This document shows, in pieces, positions 25,574 through 38,300 of a stretch of 64,000 bases of DNA (positions are counted from its first letter, which is position 1; each line of letters starts with the position of its first letter). Both the position numbers and the translations under genes were made by a program. The notes under the pieces were generated by a model. It ran no database searches. It was not told where the DNA came from and saw only the letters and a program-made list of their open reading frames with translations. The stretch comes from Klebsormidium nitens (Eukaryota > Plantae > Klebsormidiophyceae), in NCBI GenBank assembly GCA_000708835.1, contig DF236961.1, positions 310,001-374,000 of the forward strand, read 5' to 3'.

Positions 25574-28097
25574 ATGGCTTCCTTTCATCAGCTGCTCTTG
25601 TGCACGTCTCTGATTGTGCTGGTGTTGACCACACAAGTCTCTGGCCAGTACACTGCTTCTGGGAACAAGATCACCTCTGGAGCTAAGGCAACCTTCTATG
25701 GAACTGGAAACGGTGGGTCAAGTAATTCATCCCGAAGATCAGTTCTGTTTTTGTGGATGGTGAAAGATTTTCTGCAGCATTCAAGCGATTGGGCCTTTGC
25801 TTCTATCGAATGTAAATCTTCGCTGTGCTCGCCTTGAATGAGAAAATGGAAATGGGATATTCAATTGTGGATCACACTCAGCGCCTTCTTAATCGTTATT
25901 CTGCGATGCTTGCAGGAGGAGCCTGTGGCTATGGTGAGTTTTGCTCTTCATCTCTGCTATGCAGCGTTTCTTGCTGTTGTAATGTGAGGATCAGTTGAAC
26001 AATGTGTTAGGGAGATGATCCGAACAGCTTCGAAAATCCTTATTCTATCTGCGATTGATTTCAGAAGAGATCAATAATGTATCTTGTTTCTGCTTCAAGA
26101 TTGTTGTCGAGAGGAGTTCCTTTTGATTCTTTTATCTTCTTCTCGATATGATCTGCAGGGAACCCCCCACAGACAAACATCGTTGCGCTCGGCCCCGCTT
26201 TGTACCAGGCAAGACATCTTCCGGAAGATCCACCGAGACAATTTCAACTTCCTGAAGAACTCACCATCTGCATTGATGCACTTCCGAATCTTATGTTGAT
26301 GATTCCGAAATAGAGATCGTCAGAAGTCCTGCAAGTCAAAGACAAGCGTTGAAGATTCTCCCAGAGTCCGTCACTGCGACAATATGGCTCCACATCGAAC
26401 AGGCTTGGAGAGTAATAGCTGACCACTTGAAAGCTGTCCTATGCAGAACGGTCTTGGATGCGGATCGTGCTACGTTGTCTCTTGCATGCCCGGCACGAAT
26501 TCAAAGTCCTTCTGCAAGCCAGGCAGCGTCGAGGTAAGAAACCCAACCTTGATGTACGGACGGAGTCACTGGAGCTTTGTAGTTATTCGCAAAGATTTAG
26601 GATTCCGAATCTGGTCTATGTGTTTCATCTAGCGTCTGTGGCATCGTCGTTTCTATGTTGTGACTCGTGTCAAAGCGAAGGTGTTCGGACAGCTCTACTT
26701 TGCTCACTTGTATTCTTAACAGCCTGGTGGGTAAGATTCAACAAAACGCACAGCAAAAAGTTTCTTTGTATCCATCTTGCAGGTCCTCGCGGTAGACAAG
26801 TGCCCTGAATGCTCAAACAATCATCTCGACTTGAGCTCCTCTGCCTTCGCTCAGATCGCCAACCCTACTGCTGGTATCATCGACATTTCAATTCAGCCGT
26901 AAGTACCTCCAATATAATGTCTACATCTAAAGTCAAATGCTTCGCCTTCCTTCTTTCTGTATATGTATTTTGAAGGACTGACACGCCAGTTCTCTGTTTG
27001 TCTTAGCTTTCGCAAAGATCCGATTCTGCGTTATTTCCTGCTGAACCTTGTTTCTGTGGGGTCACAAAAAGAACATCCAATCGTCGTATCAAGGGATGGA
27101 TTCATTGCAGAATTCGGTGCCCCACGAAAGGCAACATTGTGATCCGCATCGATTCTGGAGCCAACCCCAACTACTTTGCAATCTTCATCCAGGTGAGATA
27201 CACTTAGAGGCAATTGGCTTCTCGTCTGGCAGATTCATTGCCGTCTAGCAGGAACACATGTTCCGAGACCCGGAGTCCTGCAGTCTTGAGATGGCTTGAT
27301 TTATGCTTAAGTCTGGAGTCATACCAAAACCTGGGATGCTGCATGTCAAAAAACTGTCAATCTTGGGAATAAAGCCTCAATTGAAGTCATGACCTGGAAA
27401 GACACTGATCCCGACTAGAATTCATTGACATTTCATTTTTTCCTCCTTGCAGAACGTCGGAGGTGCTGGTTCGGTCAAGCTCATTGAGGCAAACGGCGGG
27501 AGTGGGTGGCAGAAAATGACGCAACTGTAAGTATGTCAAGCATTGAGTTATGGACAAATGAGCTTTCGGCTTATCAGTATCGCACGTTTGTGATATCAGG
27601 ACCGCTTTGGCAGCTAGTTACGAATTGTATGGAGAAAATGTGCTAGCCGCTTATGTGTCTAGTTAGGCTTTTGACACCTAAGTCTTCTGCTGTCAATCAT
27701 GACATGGTTCCTGCACCTCTCTCTGATGCAGATGGGGCGTCAACTGGGTCCTGAATGCTCGCACTCCTGGACCAGTGTCACTCCGTGTAACAGCGAGTGA
27801 CGGAAAGCAGGTGAGATGGTCTGCGTGCGGACCTAGATCCTCGTTTTGTAGTAACTTGGATAGGCTTGAAGCTTGGAGCTTGAGCATGTGGTCGCATATA
27901 GTTCCTGGATCGCACACGGTTTGAATTGATACTTCAAAAAAGAGTCGAAATATTCTGTTCCTGTGTGTAAGAGATGTCCCGATTGTCTAGCATAGTTGAC
28001 AAGGCCGTATCCTTGTCTACAGGTGACCCTCAACAACTGTGTGCCAGCAAACTGGAAAGCTGGATCTTCCTACACGTGCAACGGGCAGTTCTCGTGA
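25574..28097 (+). CDS. expansin / expansin-like protein (DPBB + CBM63), multi-exon, secreted
   Basis: Signal peptide followed by KATFYG-GNGGACGYG, NGLGCGSCY, VDKCPECSNNHLDLSSSAF, NYFAIFIQNVGGAGSV, WGVNW, SLRVTASDG, VPANWKAGSSY and TGA at 28095-28097. Confidence 0.92.
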
Positions 28098-28710
28098 TTA
28101 TTTGCACAGGATTGCTGAGGCAGAAGTTACTTTCGTAGCAACCTTAGAACGTTGGTCATTGTGTAGAAGCCTTGCAATACTGCTAGATTGGAAGTGCACA
28201 GCTGAGATCAATCTGGACGACTGAACAGCTCAGTAACTCGCTGAGAGTACTCAAAAGGGACTGCCCAAACACTAAGGTACTAGTGTATGGCATGCTTCAA
28301 TCAGGTAGATAATTTAGCGTTAAGGCCCGTGTTGACAGCTTCCATCGAACTTAAATGCAGAGAGCTATTCTTAATCTGCATGGGCCAGGCTCATCCGATG
28401 AGGGGCTCGAGACGATTCAAATCAAACCCGCTTGCAACGTGGCCGGTCCCACTGAGACCAACTCTCCCTCCATGCAATGACTTTCCAGGCTCGTCAAGCA
28501 AACTTGCTCGTGCCCGTTTCCGATTTATAGATTTTCGACAGAGTGACGGCCGGATCATGGTCATTCATGCGTACCAATCGATAAAGAAAGCGCAGTTTCA
28601 CTTGTCATGCAAGCAATGATGCAAATATGGACCCTGTTCAGAACTGTCCGACGCGACATGCAATATGATCGATACAGTAATGCACGGACTAGTTTAGGAA
28701 TAATAAGAGC

Positions 28711-28838
28711 TAGGTATAATAAGCTCCAACTAACACTAAAATTCTATAACCCATTGAACAATTCATGCGCGAGTCTGCAACCGTACCCACGGCCAAACTA
28801 ACCCCACCCGTCCCAGGGTAGTTAGCTTATTATACCTA
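28711..28838. mobile_element. mini MITE (128 bp) with TA termini
   Basis: TAGGTATAATAAGCT ... AGCTTATTATACCTA is a perfect 15 bp inverted repeat including the outer TA. Confidence 0.7.
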
Positions 28839-29265
28839 AATTAGCTAGCCAACTCGATATAGTATAGTAAGTTCAGTGACCATGGTAATAGCATGCAGGG
28901 CTGACATATTGCAGAGGATTGGACGGGGATGCACCAGTACGTGCCAACTCGCGAACTACATGATGAGTGACGGTGCGCGTATAACATGGAGCACCGGCCC
29001 CGGCCCAGCCGACCACAAGTGCACGAGCCTATCCATACCGTCATGCAGTCGGATGGTGACGTGGCTAGTGTCTGACTATCTTTGATCTAGAAAGAGCCGC
29101 TAGCGCGGCCCCGCATACACTTTTAGTATCAATCGTATGGTACAACTCAAGCGCTGAGTCTGGCGTTGAGAGGGACGGGTCAAATGGCATCAACTTAGTC
29201 AAAGAATGGATGATGGCATCGCCCTTTATGAAACCCATCGAGATCGGCTCGTCTGACTCCATCAA

Positions 29266-32200
29266 TCAGGTCTTTTTGCTCTTCTTCGACTTGTCAACTT
29301 GTGCCTTGGCCTGTTTCCGCGGTTTTGCCTTCGCTTTTGGCTTCGCTTTTGCCTTCGCTCCAGCCTGCAAGAGCAACATGAAGGCCCCGGGTTCAGCATG
29401 CTTTTTACTGGTTGAACCACCTGGGTGAACAAATCTTGATGCAAGCAAGCTCTGCTATCACGTCTAGATGCGTCTCACATAGGGCGCGGGAAGACTGAGC
29501 AGATGAGATAACGTCCTCTTAACGTTTTAGGGCCGCACCATGATGAAGACGGCCCTGTAATGGAATCTGCCAGGACAAATTACTGACGAAGCTGACAACC
29601 AAGCCTCGACATTGTATTCCAAACAGCGAGAGCCGATGCGCCCATTACTTGAGCAGAATATGAAGCCATAATCCGACCTGAATAACCTGCAATATGGCGC
29701 TTTGACGACTTGAATTTCTTTCCCGCGCCGTCACTGTCTTTCATTCGCTGTGGAGAGCTCACGACTGAATAAAACTTCAAAGAATACTCTGTAACTCAAG
29801 CCTCGAGTATGCACATTGGTTGCAAAATCGGTATGCTGTTGTTCACAGGCTTGCACGAGCCTTCGAGTTTAAAAGCTTACATGATGGTCAGTGCACAGAT
29901 CTAGACTCAAGGTCATTATGTACCGTGGCCCCTTCGTAATAGCAGCACCAGCATGTCACTTCTTTAGCCGAGGAGTTAGAGCTATCATCCGAGCTTTGCG
30001 CGACCGGAGTTTCCTCTTCTCAAGAGCGCGCCTGTTGCAGAATCTCACCTTGACGGCTCTCTTTTTGGGCGCCACGCTGGGCTTCTTTTTCGGTTTCGCA
30101 TCGCCGTCCTTCTTAGCCGCCTTTTTCCGCTCCGTTCCCGTGGGCCCCTCTTCAGCCCCAGCGCCTTCGGCAGGTCCGGCGTCTTGCCCGGTGGACTTCC
30201 CCGGGCGCTCGTCCTCCGCCCCCTCGCCGAAGTCGAAATCGTCTAGGGTTCCCTCAATTGTCGTCTCGGTCTGGAACACGTTTGTTTCTTCTCGGAGCTG
30301 CACGAAGTCGTTCATGACCGACTCCACCTAGAACGAATCAAAAACAGGGTTAGGTGAAAACATATGGGACATCATCAGTTGGTGATTGTCAAGTGACTGT
30401 AGACGACACTCCTATGGTAGCCGCTCTCTTTCCTTACTGGCTGTGAAATGACGTTGGAACTTAAAGAATTGCTTCAGTTTACTAGCCAAGAAGATAAAGG
30501 CTGCGCAAAGTCTGCCAAGCACCGCTTTTAAGCAACGCTTGTTTACGCCAGCTTTGGAGATGGTCGCACAACCCCATCCCTCGGGGCGACTTCCGACCTC
30601 AGAGCACATCGTCATCAACACATCATCGTCAAGAGGCGTCAGAACGCACCCTGCCGAAATCCTGCCAAGACAGAAGTTGTAGAACGTACGACGTCATCAA
30701 ACGAAGCTGAAAGACACCAGAACGGATTGCGGACCAACCGAGGAGAGATGCGCTGGACTCTAGAGCCCCAGCGAAAGCATTAGAACCAACGTACTCATCG
30801 GGTGACTCGGATTCCAAACCCTATTTGAGACGCTCCTTATCAATCCAGATAGAACAAATATGTTCGTCGGACGTACGAAGGTTCAGCCACGTGGCAAGAG
30901 TGGATTCGCTGTCAGTCCGCTCCCCACCTTCGCTTCCGTCGGGCCCAGGTTGACGACCATAAACGTCGTGGACGGCACGACCGTCGCCCGGTACATGACC
31001 CCCTTCAGATCCAGAAACATGTTGTCCCCGTCTCCCCCCGGCTTCTTCAGCACTGAAAAGCGCCCCACTGCCCCGACGTCGCCACTAAGGTCGAGCGCAT
31101 TCTCACCCTCGCCCTCGCACTCGACGAGCACCTGTGCGAGTAAGGGCGGGGAGGTTTGGAACGGGACGGCGAAGTCGCCGCCTTGGTTGGAAGGAGACGA
31201 GGTTCTTTCCCTGAGCACACGCTTGACGACTGACATCGAGACGACGAAAGATCCGTTCCTTCTAAAGCTTAACGAGCAAACAAACCAGAGGTTCAGAGCG
31301 AAACCAGAACCAGGGGAAGGGGAGAAAAGGTGTTTTCACATTCAAAAGAGGGGATTCCGGGACGCCAAACCACAGGGACGCGAAAGACAAACCGCAAGTC
31401 TGGGCTGCGCTTCTTCGCGTGAGAAGCACCCGGCGAAAACAACGTTCTTACGCTGAACCAGCCTCTACGTGGCTTTTCGCAGAGCAAAGCCTCCAGATGC
31501 CTCTCTCCACATGCTGAGAATCTTCCCCCGTCGTATGATTGCTCGAGCTTGAGCCGCCTTTTCCAAGTACCCACAACAAGACCTACCCCAGGTGGGGTGT
31601 CATCGAGTCAACTTCACTTGTCCGACCACTCAGCCATTGAAGCAGAAAGGCCCGCGGCCCATTTCAGAGCGTGCCGCCAGCAACCAAAGGGTTTGAAAGC
31701 CAGCCAGACTACCCGTGTACCGCTCACCTTGGTTCGGTGCACCTTGTCAGGCATCATTAGCGGCAGAGTCGCGGCTGCCCGCGGCTTTCCCTTCCTCTCC
31801 GGTCCCACTTCCTGCGTCGGCCCAACCGTCGCTTGCGTTCCCAACTCGTTTAGAACGGACTCCTCCTCCAAAGCCCCGCTCTTCCTCCTCTTGGCTGGAC
31901 TGACGACCTTCTTCTCAATGCCCGCCCCGTCTTCGTCGTTGAGAACGAAGCCCCCACTCTTCCTCCTCTTCGCGGGACTAACGACCTTCTTCTCAATACC
32001 TGCCCCGTCTTCGTTGAGATTCAGACCCCCGCTCTTCCTCCGTTTCTGGACACTGTGGACCTTGTTCTCATCCGGAGTCGCTTTTTCATCCGTGTCTAGT
32101 TCTACGTCCACCTTCGCTTTGCCCCGTCGCTTCCGCTCCAAGAGCGACAAAGCGCCTTCCTCTTTCCCGCTCGTTTCCTCACCCTCTGACTCATTTTCTT

Positions 32201-34829
32201 CGTTTGTGGACGGCTTAGCTCGACTCTGTTTTCGCCCCTCGTCTCCTTCCCCCTCTAAGTTGCGACGCCCCTTCTCCGAACGCTGCGAAGTGCCATTCTC
32301 CCCCCTAACATCGTCCATTTCTTCGTCCTCTGATGCGCTTTCTTCCTTGTACGAAGGCTTTGCACGCTTCCGGGCACTCCTCTCGCTCCTGCCAAACCCG
32401 CTCGATCCGCCGACGTCAGCGCCATCACACGCCTTCCCCCCCTCCTCTTTTCCATCAGCTTCCTCACCTACAATTCCCTTTCGCTTCCTCCCTCTGCCAG
32501 CACTCTCACCATGCTTTTCGGAACCACCCATTACTTTCCCCTTATCAAAATGCTTGCCAGTCTTGTCGATTGCTTCCATTCCTGCCTGGGAGGCGTTCAC
32601 ACCATCTAACCCACTCGCCGCTTCCATGCTTCTGGTGCCTTTCAGGGGGCTCAAACCGAGTCGCGCGGCAGGGGACATAGTCAACCGCCGCGCCACTTCT
32701 TTTTCTGTCTCCGCGGGCAAAGCATAGGGGTCCGTTTCTGCATCCTGGCCCCCAGTCGCGGTCTCGAGGATTACATCCGGTTGGGAATCAATGACCCCTT
32801 GAGAAGTGGCCTCGCCTGTCTGACCGTTCAGGCTGACTGGAGGTTTGCTTTTCGTACCAGAGGGTTTCGAAGGGGTTTCGTCGGCGATTTTGGAGGGTTT
32901 GCGAGCGCGGAGTGGGTTCTCAGCGAGAGCGACAGATTGCTGGGTGGCTAAGGGGGGTGGCTCTGCAGAAGAGGCGAAGAAAAGCTTCCGTCAGCCTGTA
33001 TCGATTGAAGTGTGACATCTAGCAGACTCCAAAAGGCATCTTCGACTTGGTTCTTCGTGTTTCATGAGATCCTCAAGCGAAGGCAATGTCGCGCGTACTA
33101 GAAATGACGCTCAGAAGACTTTGAGCTGGCCCGGAAGTCGAATTTGTGAGGGCTTTTCCACGATGCAGATGACCTTCTGGAGAGTGCATGCTTTCAACTG
33201 GGCGAAGCGTGACGGTTATTTCGGATTCTGGATGAGCTTCAGGCGCAATAAGAAATTGCAAGAGTTACGGACTTCACATTGAAAGCACTTTTTACCACCA
33301 GGTTTCAACAGCGTTCCGAATCCTGAACTTGAAGAGGATCCAGACTAACTCACCATCATCTGAGTCGAGATTGATCACTCCTTCCCCTGCTTTTGGAAGC
33401 CCCTCATCCTCCGCACCTTTTGTGCTCGCTGCCTCTTCCAAACCCTCGGCCCGCCCCTTCTTCCCTCCCGGGTTCCTCTCACCCCCCCGTCCAGTCTGCC
33501 TCTGCAACCCCCCCTCTCTGGATACCTCTTCTGCAGTCTGAGTCTCTCCCCCTGTCGCTTCAGCACCCTTCCCTCGAGCTTTGCGCCCCCCTCGCTCTGC
33601 CCCGCTGATGCTAGCATTAGTCGCAACAACAACTTCGCTGATGTCAGCGCCCTCCCCTCTTCGCCCCCTGGATCTTTTACCTCCGCTCAAAGGTTCCCCC
33701 TCTCTATATCCTTCCAGAGCCTCATTAGGCAGACCCTCGGCAGTTTGATTGGGTATCCCATTGTGGCTTATATTGCGTTGTCCAAGTGTGACAGAGTCAG
33801 AACTCAGACGTGCGCTACTCTTGACACCAGCTTTTGGAACAGATGATAGAGTGGCTGGGAGGTTGGCGACGGTGTCGTCCAGGGCGTACGGGTCTGCCAT
33901 GCCGTCCAAATCCGAGGAAGGGGGTGTGGTAGGAGCCTGAAAGTGGACGAGAAGTTGATCAGATGATGACGCTTCTCACAGAATTGTTTACCCGTCAGCT
34001 CTGGCCACGCGGTGGTACTTTCTCTATTAACATCTTGTTGATATTTTGATTGTTTCCTCCGACTGCAATCTGAGGTTCAGCGATCACAGAGTTCCACTGT
34101 AGCTCTTCTGCAAAGGGACAACCAGAAGAACACACTTCCAATGATGCCCCAGGCTCAGTGTAGCCATTTGAAAGTGACCCGGTTCTTGCTAGATACTATC
34201 ACGAGAAAGTGAAGTTGCCTAACAGGTGCGTCATGCTGGCAAGGAACGAGGTTCAACACGCTGTTCCATCAGGAAAACCCTTCAAATATTTCCGCAGAGA
34301 CACCAGTCCACATTCTTAGAAGAACCTTAGCCTTAATCTTGATTTCTAACCTAGGAACCTTCAGAAATCACCACCCCTCCTGACAGAGCTGACTAAAAGC
34401 TCGGTAGTAGAGACTAAAAGCTAAATGGTGGGATCTTCAGAATGTTGCTTGCATTGATATGCTTCGCTCTCATAACATGCATGAAGCACGTGTGTGTTAT
34501 CGAAACAGAGGTCCTTGAGTACCATCAACTCCTCTATCCAAGACCCGTAAGTCTCCTTGACCTATCTGAATGAGACGCGGTTCTGATGAAAGGATGGAAT
34601 CCCGAAGAACTATTGAAGAACCATGCAAAACGTGCCAACTCAACGTGCAAAACCCAACACAAACTTTCAACTGAGAGCACATTATGTGAAGGCAATTGGA
34701 TACGGAAGGGATGAACAAGTGGCCCCATTTGGCATTTGCCAAATTGTCGCTTTGAGTCTGAGCTTCGAATGAGTAACTCACCTGGAACTCCCTCATCCAA
34801 TCTGGAGAGCTTTCCCTTGCTCCCGCCAT
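29266..34829 (-). CDS. BIN4: DNA-binding protein BIN4/MIDGET (topoisomerase VI complex subunit), multi-exon
   Basis: N-terminus MAGARESSPDWMREFQ; conserved C-terminal domain LPLMMPDKVHRTK|VLVECEG..LDLSGDVGAVGR..LDLKGVMYRATVVPSTTFMVVNLGPTEAK|VESVMNDFVQL..ETTIEGTL; Lys-rich tail ending at TGA 29266. Confidence 0.92.
31876..32045 (-). repeat. coding tandem repeat (75-78 bp, ~2.3 units) in BIN4
   Basis: RRKSGGLNLNEDGAGIEKKVVSPAK / RRKSGGFVLNDEDGAGIEKKVVSPAK / RRKSGA. Confidence 0.85.
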
Positions 34830-35385
34830 TGCTCTGATATTTGCTTCAGAGCTCTCTACTCCTACATGGTACTCTGTTCAAAGGGCGTCATCGGCCAGTT
34901 TGCAAATGCCAGATGAACAATTCAGTCTGGACTCTGGACACTTTCATTGTTTCAAATGTCCCGAGCAAGCAAGGCGAGATTGGATACACAGACACGCAAA
35001 CAAATAATAAACTTCTAAGTTAAAACCCAGAGGTTGGTACTGTACCCAAGTATAAACGTGCCCGATCAACTGGGCCCACTTGTCCGGGCGGCCGCAACCG
35101 CGCGCTTCAATCCAGGGTACGATTTAGAATCTTGTCCCCGGAACATATGCCCGGGTATTAGTGCACTTCAAAGAAGTCGTGGGTACATAATCTGCAGGGT
35201 ACTACTATTTGAGGATTTTAGGTTTCTTGCAGCTTGCAAGAACTGCAATGCGTGAAGGTCCAAGAAGAAGCTCACTTCTCAGGACCACATGCAATGTCAC
35301 CGAGTGCTGTGTTTGGCGCCTGTCCGATCCCCTGCAACAACAAAATTGAGTTCCAGAGCCTTGTAAAATCTGCAAGTTCCATGCA

Positions 35386-38300
35386 ATGTCGGACCTAGAG
35401 GTTTCGGCGCATGGTTGGGGGGATCCCTCGGCCCCCGCGCAAACTCCACTGGAATGGGGCCAGACGGACAGCGCCCGTTCTTCGCTCAGGAAGCGGGATC
35501 GCCCCATGAGCTTTGACGCAGGTTCGCTGCATCTGTCTGAGGGAAACCCTCAGTATTCTTGGGGGGAGCAATTCTTGAGTTTCTTTCCAGAAGGGGGCAA
35601 TGGGAATGCAGTAGGTGAGGGGGGACTCCAATTTGAGGGGTTGGCAATCAACCAGAATCAGGGGTTCGGAATCAATGGAAGTGAGGGGCTCAACTCTTTG
35701 TTGGCGGACAGTGCGGATAGTTCGGAATGCATGGAGCGTCTGCAATTGCAGGATGGGCCGTATGAGCAGGGCGCCTATGAGCAAGACCCGGGTGCTTATG
35801 GCGAGCCAGCTTACGAACAAGCCATCTATGACCACACGGCAAGTAGAAACGACTTTGGCGAGGGTCTGCAAGAGCAAGTCCCGGACATTTTGGCGCAGCT
35901 CGGCGTCCCTGGTTCCGGTCCAAGCACCGACGCCGACTCCCTCCTCCTAGAGGATGTGCCCCCTCTTCCTTCGACAGCTGTCGGTTCGATTGCTCCCGCC
36001 TCGCCAGCTGTCCCCGCCCGCAATGTGCCGCAGTCAGCCTCAAAAGTGATGACGTCAGCAGAGATCCAGGACGCTTACGTTCAGAGCTGGGGTGGGCAGA
36101 ATCTCAGGAAGGAGCCGAGCGGGGGCCAGAGACAAAGTCCCAGCCTAGTTGGCGCCAACGAGAAGGCGGGAGAAAAGCCAAAGCCTCCCGGCGAGAAGGG
36201 CCAGGAGTGGTCGGTCAACGGCGCAAAGACTCAGGCCGCGAGCATCATCCGGGACTTGTTTCGCCGTCCCGAGGCAAAGCGCCAGGCGGTCGTCGTAGAG
36301 GGGGGCCGCGTCGGATTTCTCGAGAAGGCGGTGAGCCGCTTGCCGGCCCGAAACCCTAAACCCTCCAAACCCTCCGACGTCTCCGGGCCCGCAAGGAGCA
36401 CCTCCGGCCCGTCCGTCTCCGACACGGGCAGCGGGGGGTCGTTTTTGCAGCCGGACGCAACCCCCCTTGTGCCGCCGCCCCGCACATTCTCTGACTCTCC
36501 CGAGTTTTCTCGAGCGGACTCCTCACAGAAAGGTGCTGGGGAGTCAAAGGAGGATGCAATTGCGGACACAATGCGGCGAGTGGGTGAACGCGTCGCGGGG
36601 GTGCTTGCGGGGGAGTTGGATGCAAACCTGCCGCAGTATGATGCAACAGCAAACGGAGAGGCGGCAGAGCTCGCCTCAAGAATGGGTGGCGCATCGGAAA
36701 CCGTTTCTGGTGAGGGTGGGGCGTCGGACTTGGGTCCAGGATTGGGAGGGGTAAAAGGAAGGGAGGACTTTGGGCCTGGAATGGCGGAAATGGAAAGTAG
36801 GTCAGCGTTGCCGGACCTGACGACAGCGGCAGGACTGGAGTGGTTGCTGGAGGACGAGCCAGAGTTGCGGGGCAACGGGGGCGGGAATGCGGCGGGTGGG
36901 TGTTCTTACCTCTGCTAAGCTCTGAATACGAAAAGACGAAAAAGTGCATGCCTTCTTCTCTTTGTCCTGCCCTGGTGAAGACCAAGGATGTAAAGGAATG
37001 TTACAACCTACCACGATCACCAAATAATTCACAAGAACACAACATGTGAAGTCAATCTAGGCTTTGAGGAGGCCCTTGAATGCGCGTTATATACACAAAG
37101 GAAGCAAGCAACACCTTATGTTCGCAGAATGTAACAAATACACACTGCTGACGATCAAATTTGTTCTTCAAGAAACATAGATCAAAATGCATACTGTAGG
37201 TTTTCTGATTGCCAACGTTCTGAACTTTGGATTTACTTGCAGGGATGGCCGCTGAGGTCAGCCCCGCTGACGTCAGCCCCGAGCTGTGGCTCCCCGGCTT
37301 TGCGGAATGGCTGGCAAAGGAGAAAGGGGCCGGCGGGGCAAGTAGAGAAGCGGGGTCGTTGGGGGCTGCTGGCTTGGCAAAACCGTTGGCAGGAATGACT
37401 TTGCAGTCAGGTGTGCATCCTGCCATCTTTTGATCTTTTCAGAAGTCCTGGTTTCTCGGCTTTCTCCATCTTTGTTGACTAGTTTTGGGTGTTGATGTCC
37501 TTCCCTTTCCATCTTCCTCCTTCTTGTTCGTGCTGCTCGTCTTTGAATCTTTTAACCATCGGGGTCCGTATGCATTGCCTTCGAAGGCAGCAGTCTAGAT
37601 TACGCCTTGCTCTCAAAGCTTAGGACCTCTTCTGAAGCCCCCTATTCCCACCAATCCTCGCCAAAGTTGCTAGCGCACACGGACTTTGCTCAGGTCATCT
37701 TTTACCGCGCCTGCGCCACCTGTGGATGGAACTCCTCGCTCGGTGCCTGAGCCTGCCATTTTCCAACGACTGGGAATGAAAGGCGTACTTAGCAAATTAG
37801 GCCCCAACTTTCAGCTATCGCAGATCTTACGTTTGTCCATAATCCACACCTTTTTTGTCTCAAGGCTTGTTTGATCGCTTCTTACTTCCTTTTGAAAGAG
37901 TCTCTTTGCTCCTATTGGTTGCACTTTTGTCCTTTATTGAGTTCTAAGAACTTTTTGTATTTCGATATATCAATTTATTTATGAGTGTTAACAATTTTAA
38001 AACAACTTTGAATGATTATCAATTAAGAATTAAGTAAAACAATCCAAGATCCGTTCCTCATCTTTGTCTCGCTGTTTCTGGCAAATCCAGTCTCGTACCA
38101 ATCCCTTTGCTACAATCGCTGCAATGGGTTGGGGGGGGAAACTCCCCCTGCCAGCCTTCAGTTGGACGGTTTCGGGCATACCGGTCATGAACGGACGTTT
38201 TTCGGACACCCCTCCAACGTCTCTGCAATTCTGTTGAATGCGATCGCCATGTTCCGGACCCTTTTCGGACCCCTCGTTCCGTGCAGAAGCTGCGCCGGTG

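Noticed and set aside
28940-29080. ATGATGA...CTGA suggesting a C/D-box snoRNA
   Set aside because: There is no terminal stem and no recognisable rRNA-complementary guide.
31549-32727. 392 aa plus-strand ORF and other long antisense ORFs over GC-rich exons
   Set aside because: These are shadows of the BIN4, GRV2 and gene A/B coding exons.
37860-38050. Strongly AT-rich patch in gene A intron 2
   Set aside because: There are no terminal repeats or organellar gene motifs, so it cannot be assigned.
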